Source: Eledone cirrhosa (lineage: Eukaryota). From it: a stretch of 64,000 bases of DNA. The notes under the pieces were generated by a model. It saw only the letters and a list, made by a program, of their open reading frames with translations. It had not been told where the DNA came from and did no database searches. Numbering within the stretch: position 1 is the stretch's first letter; each line of letters opens with the position of its first letter. Where the stretch lies: contig OZ024742.1 of NCBI GenBank assembly GCA_964016885.1, positions 239,258,001 to 239,322,000 on the forward strand, in the 5' to 3' direction. The position numbers and the translations under genes were made by a program. Shown in pieces: positions 1-11,347 of the stretch.

Positions 1-54
1 AACTAGCGATTGCTCTACTCCACGCACGACCACCATAAATTAATGACCAGCTCA

Positions 55-235
55 ACACAAGTATTGGTAGAGCGTCAGACACCATGCTTTGCAGTATTGT
101 TATGGTCCTTTGCATTCTAAGTTCAAATCCTGCCGAGGTTAACTTCGACTTTCATACTTACTAATTCAATAAAATAAAGTACCAGTAATGGACTGCCGTA
201 ATGGATTTGTGCCGAAAAATAGAAACACTATTAAT
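55..235 (+). mobile_element. Decayed tRNA-derived SINE
   Basis: A-box-like tattggtagagc, B-box gttcaaatcc, then ...tttcat...ataaaataaagtaccagt...gccgaaaaatagaaac. The same body occurs at 12400-12500 and 26280-26470. Confidence 0.6.
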
Positions 236-785
236 GTGCAATAAGAGCAAAATATAACGACATTGCTCAATTATTTTATCTAATGTTGTAATAACACAAG
301 GAAATGTTGTTTGTGTATTTTTTTTTATATTTGCTCATAGGCTTTTACAATTTCGCTCAGCCAACAACTATTAAAAAGTGAGTTGCTTAAGATAACAATT
401 TAATCACAAATTGTTGCTATCTTTTAATACACTCCAACAAGTCATCAAATTATGTACAATAAAAACAAATCTTATTAATTTGCTCAGGGAATATAAAGAA
501 CATGTATATACACTGATAATTGCAATTGTATGTAAATATTTTGTTTTTGTATTGTTTATTTTATGTTTTCTATTATGTATAATATATTGATTTAATATTG
601 ATTGTTTTTTGTAGTTGTTTATATTAAAAGTCTGAAAATATTTTTATACATCTTACACTAATATTTATAAGATAATTTATAATAACAATTACATAATCTA
701 ATTACATTACAACGATAATTTATTATTAATATATATCCTGTTTAACTAGAGTTATTACAAGCGTTGCCTTAAAAAAATATTAAAC

Positions 786-1986
786 TAGACATGAAAAATG
801 CGCAAGCTCAAAAGTGCCACAGAATGTTATAATAAACCTTCAAAAGTGTGGGACTAGAGTTGTTGCTAAAAAATATTGTAATCATTATATCGTACATTCT
901 GTGGCATCCTTTATAAAAATAGCTTAAACCAACGAAGCCTTTATTTTTACGCTATTTCACTTAGTTAATTCTTAGAGTGTAACATATAAAAATAAATACA
1001 TCTATGTTTAATGTAATAACAGCTATAAATAATTACGTAATATTATTATCATATACTCATAGTAACAAAATAATTGTGTTGAAAATTAATATGATGCTTA
1101 TATGAACGATCAAATCTATAATGATAATTTCTTAAATATACTAATAGTAAAATAATTTAGTTATCTATTGTTACATTTTCATAGAACTATAATATTGATT
1201 TCTTTATTAGCCACAAGGGCGCAACAAGAAAGGGGACAATACAAAGACATGCCGGGGATTTTACATACAGTCGTGTAAAAAATATAAAAACAAACAATTT
1301 CAACAATCGAAATCCCCAATAGGGGGGAGGCGCCACAAATGGGTTGTTTAATACCCCGTCGATAGAACAACCCTCAACTCAAGGAGCGTGTTGTGCAAGT
1401 GCTCCTTTCTTCCTTTTGCTCTCTTCCTCAACCTACAGGCTTAATATTAACAATCGTATTGCATTATCAAATTTTTATCACTACAAACTTTCATATTGGA
1501 ATTACCTTAAGCCACTTATTATTACTTCGCTTTCGTACTTTTACAGCTGTAGATATTGCGCTGTATCTTATATCTAATATCAATATCTCATGGTAATTTG
1601 CATGCAGTGTAAAATAGGTTTATTAATAACTTTAATATGAAATGTATTATACAGGGCTGCGGAGTCGGCCAAAAATTGACTGGCTCCAACTCAGGATCCG
1701 ATACTCCATTATTTCCTAAATTTCAGCTCCGCAGGTCTGTTATTATATTAATTAATTTATTTTATAGTTGTAATATATTTTTATATGTTACACTCTAAGA
1801 ATTAACTAAGTGAAATAGCGTAAAAATAAAGGCTTCGTTGGTTTAAGCTATTTTTATAAAGGATGCCACAGAATGTACGATATATAATGATTACAATATT
1901 TTTTAGCAACAACTCTAGTCCCACACTTTTGAAGGTTTATTATAACATTCTGTGGCACTTTTGAGCTTGCGCATTTTTCATGTCTA
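786..1986. repeat. Inverted repeat, ~210-bp arms (786-994 / 1776-1986)
   Basis: Arms are reverse complements apart from a 2-bp indel. Same architecture as the Penelope pseudo-LTR inversions elsewhere in the window. Confidence 0.9.
1652..1739. mobile_element. Small hAT-like MITE
   Basis: TIRs cagggctgcggagtc / cagctccgcaggtctg. Flanks gtattata / ttattata form an 8-bp TSD with one mismatch. Confidence 0.65.
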
Positions 1987-2309
1987 TGATAACATGTGTC
2001 ACACTTTCCTCAAGTATTTTATTGATTTCACTTAAAGATTGTTGATTAGATATGCATGCTTTATATTCACCTTCTGAACTATATATAAAATTGGTGTCTG
2101 TGTGTATATATATACTTTGATCTATTTACTTGTGTGGAAAATAGACATTAAACAATGATGATGATCATATATATGGATATCAAGCATAGTGTGTCTATGT
2201 ATATATCATCATCATGCCCACCTGTAATTTACAATATCAAAAATCTCTCTTCCCCCCCTAATAGTGGGATGTATTTATTTTGGGCTGCTCTATTTTACTC
2301 CATGTATTC

Positions 2310-2520
2310 TATCCGGTCGCTCCCCGACAGGTTTGCAGTCATGCCCTTCACAGTGGAGACTTCCGGTGTTCTTGGCTCTAGGGCTATCTCCCTACTTACT
2401 ACCATAGGTGGTGAGCTGGCCAGCCGCAGGTGTGAGCCTCGTGAGATGGAATGGCTCTTCCAGCACGTCTCTCTTACCATCCTCCAGGGAAACGCCTTCT
2501 CCATTCTGTCTGCTGGGGCT
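2310..2520 (+). mobile_element. 3' fragment of a CRE-like non-LTR retrotransposon (RLE endonuclease C-terminus)
   Basis: FAVMPFTVETSGVLGSRAISLLTTIGGELASRRCEPREMEWLFQHVSLTILQGNAFSIL matches the P..VET.G..G...LFQR.S..IQRGNA pattern that ends RLE-type (CRE-clade) ORFs. Confidence 0.7.
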
Positions 2521-3107
2521 GTGGGGTGGCCAGCACGTGGGACCCCATTTGCTCGTAATACAGGGGGATGGGAAGGGCAGGAGAGATGGAGGTGATGACA
2601 GTGGGAGTTCGGCTCTTCCGTTTTCAGACGCATTGCACCTGTCACGTGGATCATGTGATATTGTCCCATATCCTACATACTATCAATAAAAAGATATATT
2701 TCTCTTTTCTACCCTGCCACTGCTATTAACAAGTATTCACATGGCTTACTGGAACATACTTATGTCAGGCTATGCTCTATTCTATTCTATTCATTCTATC
2801 AACAATGGTTATCTTGAGTCCTATTCCATTCATTTCATTTCATGAATACCATCAATGGCAATGAATACCATCATAGTCTCCTGGCCAATTGTGGGTGGGG
2901 CTATTTAATCCTGGATGGCCTTGACTCTTAGGAGTTCATCCACCCTTTTAATAGCTCTTGTTATTTGTACTGCTGGGGTTCCACCTATCTTCCTCACCAG
3001 ACCAGTGTCTGGTGGGGGAGCCAGTTTAGTCACTCGACCATGAAGCATGTTGTATTGGGTTACATGGTTCCAATAGCACAAAGAAGCCTGACCAGATGAG
3101 TTTGTGT

Positions 3108-3146
<39 letters not shown>

Positions 3147-3169
3147 AACACACACACATATATATTTTT

Positions 3170-3575
3170 GATATGAAATCGTGTGTTGAAATAAATATTG
3201 TTATATTTGGGGAGGGTTATATTGTTATAATATTACCAGATAATAATAAAACACACTCACTGTTTGGTTTGGATTGGTTTTCACTTCTGTATCAACAGGA
3301 GGAAACATAATAATACCACTGATGATGTCACAGATGTGTGATGAAATAACTTTGATAGATTATGTATATATATATTATATATATGTGTGTATTTATATCT
3401 GTATTTTTAACCATTGGTCAATCAATGATAAACATTGATTGCCAGATAAATCAACTATGGAGATATAAAAGATACAGAAGCAAAAACCAATCCAAACCAA
3501 ACGGTGAGTGTGTTTTATTATTATTTCTGGCAATATTATATAACAATATGACCCTCCCCAAAACAACACACACAT
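3170..3575 (+). mobile_element. Penelope pseudo-LTR with 5' inverted segment and decayed hammerhead core (3319-3346)
   Basis: About 3205-3282 is inverted relative to about 3483-3561. Same family as 53640-53900. Core CTGATGA-T-GTCACA-gatg-TGTGAT-GAAA with a mismatched helix I. Confidence 0.7.
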
Positions 3576-3635
3576 ATAAATAAAAACAAGAAGTGTAAGT
3601 CAACAGGTTAAAATTAACCTTGTTTATTCATATTT

Positions 3636-3694
3636 GCTGTTATATATATTTCGGTGACAATCATTATTCAACAGCTATGTCCTCATCAGACAGC
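3636..3694 (-). ncRNA. Type I hammerhead ribozyme motif
   Basis: Minus strand reads GCTGT CTGATGA GG-ACA...TGT-CA-CC GAAA TATATA TA| ACAGC: 5-bp helix I, intact core, palindromic helix III. Confidence 0.75.
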
Positions 3695-4324
3695 TAGAAC
3701 TTGAACAGAGTAAACAGTAAAACATAATGATGGAATAAAGTTTACCTCTGTAATTTCCATCTTTTGATATACCCAGTGCCGAAGTATGGTGTTTTTTCTC
3801 AAAGTACTGGTGGCATATGATTTAGAATGAATGAATTCAAGCATCAGTAAAATTTACCTGCCTCTCATTAGTCAGATTCAATCTCACCATTCCAATACCA
3901 AGTCTATTGAATTTCTTGGGTTAGTTGTCCTGGAATCAGGTCAGTTGGTTAGGGTTGTTTTTAGCAGTCAACTATAATTACTGTATATACCTAGAATATA
4001 GGTGTGCTTTGGCGTCAGTGACCTAGCTGTATTAGTGGCAGTAGTGTTAATATGCTCCTACCACTCCTCATGTTGTGAGGAGTGGTAGTATTGGAGTTGT
4101 TAGTGAAAAACAGATATGGGTTCATTTGGGAATGTGTATGCTTATCAATATTAAGAGTCCTGATAATAAAAGGTATTAAGATTATAATTGTAGGTTAAAA
4201 TTATAATCCATATCGTAAACATATAATACTCACCTGCACACACAAATCTACATACATATATTCATACACAGACACATATACATACACATACACACACACA
4301 CACATACGTATATACATACACACA

Positions 4325-4660
4325 TCATCATCATCATTTTTACATCCGCTTTTCCCTGCTTGCAAGGGTGGGATGGGAACTGATTCTGGCTTGATTTCTA
4401 CAGCTGGAAGCCCTTCCTAACACCAACCTCATTTACAGTGAGTGCTGGGTGCTTTTTTGCCGTGGCACCTCCACGACCACTTTGCAGTGGAATGATAGGG
4501 ACCCCAGTCCTATCATCTCATTTCTACAGCTGAATAAACTGGAGCAATGTGAAATAAAGTGTCTTGCTCAAGGAAACAACACATCACCCGGTCTGAGAAT
4601 TGAACTCACAACCTTTCGATTGCAAGGCCAATGCTCTAACCACTAAGCCATGTGCCGCCA
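4325..4660 (-). mobile_element. tRNA-headed SINE with RTE-like 3' tail ending in (ATG)n
   Basis: Nearly identical in reverse complement to 56381-56707 and 60053-60425. A/B boxes tggcttagtgg and gagttcaattc. The tail shares ggtgttaggaagggcatccagc with the RTE 3' UTRs. Confidence 0.85.
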
Positions 4661-5273
4661 TCAAGTATATATATATCTATTGGCTTTTATGTGCGAAAGG
4701 AAATAGGTTAGAGGTAGTTTGTTCTTAAGAAAACCGGATTATAGACCGAGGGTAGATGGTTAAACCCAGTGAGCAGAAATGTGGGGTGTATGTAGATTCC
4801 CAGGGTAGGACTCAGCCAACATATTATCTTGCTAAATAGCTAATGGTTAGATACTTGGATTAGAACTAAGGAAATGAGAAAGAAGGGAAATCCATGGCGA
4901 GGTAAGGCGTGGGCCCAGCCGCTAAGTAAGTGTGGCTATAATTAAAAATAGGGCTGTGTAGTTACCAGTAAATAATATTTGAAAAAAAAAAAACACTTAG
5001 GTGAAAACACGGAAGAGACAAACACAAGAACATAGACAGTTATCCTCTGCTGCTTCAGCTGGAACCTGCTAGATGGTGCTGGCTGTCTGCCTTTCGATTC
5101 ATAGTCGGACTTTCAAAATGTTTATTTACTAAACATACTGTATCGCTTTGGATATACAAAATTCACATACACGTATGTCTACAACTATGCCGAAGCTAAA
5201 TGTTTATATATATGCAAGCAGGGAAAAGCGGACGTAAAATAATGATGATGATGATATATATATATATATATAT

Positions 5274-6001
5274 ATATATCATAAAACATGTCTATAGAAT
5301 CACCAGATAAAATATATACCGTTTCCTCTCCCAATTAGCATAATTAACCATATAAAAAATCGATTAGACCAAGCTATAAGAATAAAGGCTTCTATGAAGA
5401 AATCTCCGACAAATAACCGAAAGCAGCTCTTCGTGGCGGTTGCGGCGGAGTATTTATTGAGTATTTCAACAGCGTGTATAAATCGACCAGATATACAGTC
5501 AACTAAACAGAAGTAGGTGTAAAATAAACTAGGAGAAAAGTGAACATATTTAGTTACCTCTACCATGGTTTCGTCCGCATTTTAAGATATCCGATAACAT
5601 TGGACATCTGGAGCACCGGACTCTTCAGGAGTTAGCTCAAATTTAGACAATTAATTTTCCAAAGTGATTGCGCCAAGAATACATTAAAAAATGGCTAAGA
5701 ATTGTGACGTAGCAGCGGTCAAGTTAGAAAGAATGTGATTAGTTGCTTACGGCTGGAGGCCTTTTGCTAGAAAGCGCAGCCCAATACAGCCAAAATTGTA
5801 TCTCAACCTAACGGGAGATTATTACATATAAAGGTTTACATATATATATATATATATGTATTTGTCGGAGATTTCTTCATAGAAGCCTTTATTCTTATAG
5901 CTTGGTCTAATCGATTTTTTATATGGTTAATTATGCTAATTGGGAGAGGAAACGGTATATATTTTATCTGGTGATTCTATAGACATGTTTTATGATATAT
6001 A
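5274..6001. repeat. Inverted repeat, ~140-bp arms (5274-5415 / 5859-6001), Penelope pseudo-LTR type
   Basis: Arms are exact reverse complements, bounded by (TA)n, and enclose a hammerhead motif. Confidence 0.9.
5553..5636 (-). ncRNA. Type I hammerhead ribozyme motif
   Basis: Minus strand reads TAACTC CTGAAGA GTCCG...CGGAC GAAA CCATGG TA| GAGGTA: intact core, 5-bp stem II base, palindromic helix III, GUA cleavage triplet. Confidence 0.8.
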
Positions 6002-6058
6002 GCTCTGATTATATAATTTATTAAATCTTCATTGAGCCACAAAGTGACCCGTTGCAAA

Positions 6059-6120
<62 letters not shown>

Positions 6121-6199
6121 CTTTATATATATATATATAAAGTATTAAAAAAATAATGAATAAAACAATGAAACAGTTCCTTATATTAAACAAAAAAAG

Positions 6200-6352
6200 T
6201 TCATTATTTAACGATCGTTTCTAGGACATATATGTGTTAGAATTGGCATGCATATTCAACAGATCTATGTACAAAATTATACAAAATTATACAAACTATC
6301 AAATCTAATATACATACCAACACATACATATGCCGTCTTCAGAAATAATGAA
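6200..6352 (-). ncRNA. Type I hammerhead motif with long stem II (inverted copy)
   Basis: Exact reverse complement of 10381-10533. Confidence 0.7.
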
Positions 6353-6705
6353 ATATATTTATTGATAATAACAACAATTCAAAATTACAGGTCTGTTTGG
6401 GAACAGAGTTCAAATTGACCAATGAAATACACAAAAATATATCAAGAAAATACAGTTAGGTGTGTGTATATATGTAAGTAACTTCGTTCACAGATATGCA
6501 TAAAAATATATGTTCACATGCATACGCATGTCGAAAAAATGTATGTAAATACAAAAATTCAGGGCTAATATCTCTGTATGTTTATAATCTACAGATAAAA
6601 TACACATACGTATATAAACATATATACACATTCATATATACACACACATATACATACATTCACATACTCACGCGCATATACACATAAACATACACATACC
6701 CACGA

Positions 6706-6743
<38 letters not shown>

Positions 6744-6981
6744 GTATATATTATTATTATAACTACATGGATATTAAGGCACACACACAAAAACACTGCC
6801 ACATACATTTTTACATCCATATGCAGAAGATGGTGAAGGGGGTCAGTAATTACTGTGGGTGTCAGAGAACTGCCTATTTATAAATGTATCTATAAATTTA
6901 GAAATAAAAAGAAAGAAATTAAAAAAATAAACAAATAAAATATATACTCATACATAAAATACACACCGATATACATATATA

Positions 6982-7223
6982 CAACATCTCTAGCAGAAAA
7001 AATTAATAGTTATAGAAATAAGAATATAGAATATGATATGACCTGGAGTGTGCTCAAAAGAGCCACCCCTTATCAAAATAATAGAAATGAATGTAGATTA
7101 TGTTCCCAAGAACTATTTGAAATAATGAAATCTAAGGATATCCTATTAAATAAGCGACAGGAATTAATTATATCGTGTAATCATAAACTGAGAAAAACAT
7201 TTAAATATTATAAACCTAATTAA
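6982..7223 (+). pseudogene. Penelope GIY-YIG endonuclease C-terminal fragment
   Basis: TSLAEKINSYRNKNIEYDMTWSVLKRATPYQNNRNECRLCSQELFEIMKSKDILLNKRQELIISCNHKLRK carries the W.IL....Y...C.LC..E....LLNKR.E....C.H signature of PLE ORF ends. Confidence 0.8.
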
Positions 7224-8065
7224 TAATATATATTTTAGAAATTAATATATAATTTAATTTAAATGTAGTTAACCTATAAATTTAATTTAATTAAATTCTA
7301 CTACAGATGAGATTAAAAAATATTGTGTAATCATAAATTGTGAAAAACTTTTAAATATTATTAACATAATTAATATATATAAATAAATTTATAGATTAAT
7401 TTTAGTTTATTTAACCTTTTATTAAAATTCCTTTACAGATGAAATATAACAAAATATTGTGTAATCAATAACAGTGAGATATTTTTTAATATTATAAACC
7501 TAATTAACGTACAATTTAGAAATTTATTTATAAATTAATTTTAATTTAGTTAACCTATAATTTTAATTTAATTAGCTTAAAATTAAAATTCTAATACAGA
7601 TAGATTGCAGAATATCATGTAATCATAAACCGAGATAAATTTTTAAATATATACCTAATTAATATATTCTTTACAATTAAATATATATATATATATTAAT
7701 TTTAATTTTTGTTAACATATAATTATATTCTACTATAGATAAAATACAAAATCTGCTTTAATTATTATAAACATAATTAACTTATACTATAGAAATTAAT
7801 ATATAATTTTTAATTTAGTTAACCTATAATTTATAATTTATATTCTACTACCGATGAAATACTTGATTTGGTTTTCCCTATTACTAAATTCATTTCCTAA
7901 TATTGATACCATAATGTTAATATTTTTAATTTAGTTATGCTATAATTAATACTCTACTACTGTTTAACTTCAAAATTCCGCTTCAAATATTATAAACCTA
8001 AGTAGAAACCTTAGAAATCAATATATTAACTATTTTTAATTTAGTTAACCTATAATTAATAGTAT
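7170..8065 (+). repeat. Decaying tandem array, about 7 units of 105-165 bp
   Basis: Recurrent tgtaatcataaa (7176, 7326, 7460, 7618), aaatattataaacctaa, and ttagttaacctataa (about 7265, 7546, 7815, 8041). Confidence 0.8.
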
Positions 8066-8244
8066 ACTTATATTAAAATGCATAATTTTGCCTTCTTTCT
8101 TACATTTCCTAATACTGAAACTACTATGTAAACACATATTATGATCTATATGCAGATTAATATTCTATGTTCCTTGAAACCTATATTTACTATTTCCAAC
8201 TAATAATTTTAACCCCCCCCCCCATAATTATTTGTATTTGTAAG

Positions 8245-8579
8245 CGTGGATGTATGTATGTGTATGTAAGTAGGTATGTATGTTTGGGTGTTTGTATGTG
8301 AGTATAAAAATACATATGTGCGCATGTAAATAAGTGTGTATGATTGTATATATATATGTATATGTATATATGTATGTATATGTATGTATATATATGTGTG
8401 TATATATATGTCTATGTATATATATGTGTGTATGTATATATGTATGTGTGCGTGTGTATGTGTATATATATATATTTGTAGAGATATGTGTATGTATATA
8501 TATATATATATATATGTGTGCATAACTGTCTGACTGTGTGTATTTATTTATTTATTATATTTTTCTCTTTATATATGTG

Positions 8580-8620
<41 letters not shown>

Positions 8621-8880
8621 ATATATATGTGTATGTATATGTGTGTATGTGTGTGTATGTATATATCTATATATATATATATATATATGTATATGTGTGT
8701 ATGTATATCTCTTTATTTATGTATGTCTGAGTTGTGTGAGTGTGTGGTTGTATGTGTATATACATACATGGATGTGTGTGTGTGTGTGTATATATACGTA
8801 TATATATATGTGAGTGTGTGTATATGTGTGTGCGTGTATGTGTATATATATGTATATGTGTGTATATATGTGTGTATATT
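8245..8880. repeat. (TA)n/(TG)n low-complexity tract
   Basis: Mixed dinucleotide microsatellite. It produces the spurious Y/I/C/V/M-rich ORFs in the track. Confidence 0.95.
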
Positions 8881-8884
8881 ATGT

Positions 8885-9492
8885 CAGGTCACCAGTTGGT
8901 GCTACTGGTAACATGTATCCCAGTACAACCTGTCTCATGGTCGGGTCGTTGGCGACTAAACTGGCAACCCCACCAAGGTTTCTTGGTGAGGAGGGTGACT
9001 TTGGACATCCTGCAGGACTAAAAACAAAACCTGTCAAAGGGCAAGGGAGCTCTTAAGACTCAATAGCCATCCAAAATCACCGGGAGAGATGACCCCTTAG
9101 CCTTTGTCAAGGCAGAATTCTAGGAGAAGGAAAACTCTGATATAACACCTGCAACCCTGATGGTATCCAATGATGTTGACTTGTTCTTCTTTTTGGTAAA
9201 TATCATCTTGGTTAAGAGAGTGGGACTGGCTTTGTGCAGTGCCTTTGCTCACTATAAAAGCTTCACAGCACAGGCATTGCTTTATATCTGGAGATCTCTC
9301 TGCACTTGTCATCACATGGTACCATGGGCCCTGCACTATGTGTCAATAATGGTCACAAGTGTAGTCTTTGTACCAGAGTTTTCAAGTCGCTGGCTGGACT
9401 AAAAAGTCACATTCGTTCAGCGCATCGGTAGGGGTTCTCCTACATGGATATAAAGTAGTGGCCGTACTCGAAAACGAGTTGGCAGCCACCAT
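8885..9492 (+). mobile_element. Short bipartite non-autonomous RTE-derived element (5' UTR-like head + ORF end / 3' hairpin)
   Basis: Head has ggcgactaaactggcaacccc and ctaggagaaggaaaactctga, motifs I associate with RTE 5' UTRs. Related heads at 2880-3090 (-) and 47960-48070 (-). The 3' part encodes FKSLAGLKSHIR (C2H2-finger-like) and ends in a hairpin followed by (TA)n. Confidence 0.5.
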
Positions 9493-9990
9493 ATATATGT
9501 GTATGTATGTATATATGTATATGTATGTATGTGTGTATATGTATGTACATATATGTGTATATATATATATGTGTTGAGAATATATGTATATATATATGTG
9601 TGTGTATGCATGTGTGTCTATGTATTTATATATGTATGTGTATGTGTCTCTATGTATATGTGTATGTATGTATGCGTGTGTATATGTATGTATGTGTATG
9701 TGTATATATATATATATGTGTATATATATATGTGTATATATATAATATCGGTGTGTATTTTATGTATGAGTATATATTTTATTTGTTTATTTTTTTAATT
9801 TCTTTCTTTTTATTTCTAAATTTATAGATACATTTATAAATAGGCAGTTCTCTGACACCCACAGTAATTACTGACCCCCTTCACCATCTTCTGCATATGG
9901 ATGTAAAAATGTATGTGGCAGTGTTTTTGTGTGTGCCTTAATATCCATGTAGTTATAATAATAATATATACATATGTGTGTGTGTGTGTG

Positions 9991-10021
<31 letters not shown>

Positions 10022-10380
10022 ATATGTTCGTGGGTATGTGTATGTTTATGTGTATATGCGTGTGAGTATGTGAATGTATGTATATGTGTGTGTATATATG
10101 AATGTGTATATATGTTTATATACGTATGTGTATTTTATCTGTAGATTATAAACATACAGAGATATTAGCCCTGAATTTTTGTATTTACATACATTTTTTC
10201 GACATGCGTATGCATGTGAACATATATTTTTATGCATATCTGTGAACGAAGTTACTTACATATATACACACACCTAACTGTATTTTCTTGATATATTTTT
10301 GTGTATTTCATTGGTCAATTTGAACTCTGTTCCCAAACAGACCTGTAATTTTGAATTGTTGTTATTATCAATAAATATAT

Positions 10381-10533
10381 TTCATTATTTCTGAAGACGG
10401 CATATGTATGTGTTGGTATGTATATTAGATTTGATAGTTTGTATAATTTTGTATAATTTTGTACATAGATCTGTTGAATATGCATGCCAATTCTAACACA
10501 TATATGTCCTAGAAACGATCGTTAAATAATGAA
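10381..10533 (+). ncRNA. Type I hammerhead motif with long stem II
   Basis: TTCATTATTT CTGAAGA [114 nt; GG-CATAT..ATGTGTTGG pairs with CTAACACAT-ATATG-T-CC] GAAA CGATCG TT| AAATAATGAA. Perfect 10-bp helix I, palindromic helix III. Confidence 0.72.
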
Positions 10534-10833
10534 CTTTTTTTGTTTAATATAAGGAACTGTTTCATTGTTTTATTCATTATTTTTTTAATACTTTATCTTG
10601 ACTCTGTATTCCGTTTATCTTTCACCGAAAGTGATTTTTGAATGCATCTCTTCTTTCCATGATATCCGGATTACATTGAGTTCTTCATACGGATTGGACA
10701 CTACCGTAAACTCTTGGTAGATTTATCTACATATATATATATATATATATAGTTAAATCTTAGACAGGAACAAAAACAGAGAGGCAGTACAAATATTAGT
10801 TTATTAGGTTCACACTTTTGAGGGGGGGGGGGG

Positions 10834-10863
10834 CGTTTTGGGCATAAGCCCTTCATAAGGAGA
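10834..10863 (-). ncRNA. Dead minimal hammerhead remnant
   Basis: Minus strand reads CTTATGA-A-GGGC-TTAT-GCCC-AAAA-CG, the CTGATGA/GAAA core with two substitutions. Helices I and III are lost. Confidence 0.4.
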
Positions 10864-10901
10864 AAAGTGGGTAGGAAGAGAGTTCCGAGGGTGTGTGGGG
10901 G

Positions 10902-10938
<37 letters not shown>

Positions 10939-11347
10939 TGTGTGTGTGTACAATAGCATAGTATCCATTAAAAAATGGTGGGTTTTATAGTAAAAAATTG
11001 ATAATTCCTTGATATTTTGTGAAGATGCTTGAATCCTTGAATTTCTTCTTGTCACTTTGGCCATTACCGTAATTCATTTTACATTCATTTCAATCAATTA
11101 CAACAATTTTCTTCCATACTTTCTGAAATCATTATCATGTATCCAATAATTTATGATGACTTTGTTCTGTATCTATCTATCTTAACTATATATCTTTGGA
11201 CTGGTATTGGGATTTGTGCTTTGTTGTTATTGTCCAAAGATAGATACATTGGTAAATATATACAGATAGTTAAAGACAGTCTGTCAGACATACACGAGAA
11301 TACATAAACAAACCGAGTATTAATAATGATATGATATTAATATAATA

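Larger units (their letters stand above)
6137..10596 (+). mobile_element. 5'-truncated Penelope-like element with inverted pseudo-LTR (arms 6137-6972 / 9745-10596)
   Basis: About 835-bp near-identical inverted arms enclose a GIY-YIG C-terminal fragment, a decaying tandem array and microsatellites. Each arm carries a hammerhead motif. Confidence 0.85.

Noticed and set aside
5030-5115. Possible hammerhead on the minus strand (ctgaagca and gaaa present)
   Set aside because: The core deviates from CUGANGA and I could not build consistent helices I-III.
7170-8065. Possible CRISPR-like repeat-spacer array
   Set aside because: Whole units are homologous and degenerate with no unique spacers, no cas genes are present, and the DNA is eukaryotic.
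8209-9827. Many Y/I/C/V/M/H-rich ORFs, also at 52862-53783, 55541-56438, 57145-57393 and 58918-59287
   Set aside because: They are translations of (TA)n/(TG)n/(CA)n microsatellites, not proteins.
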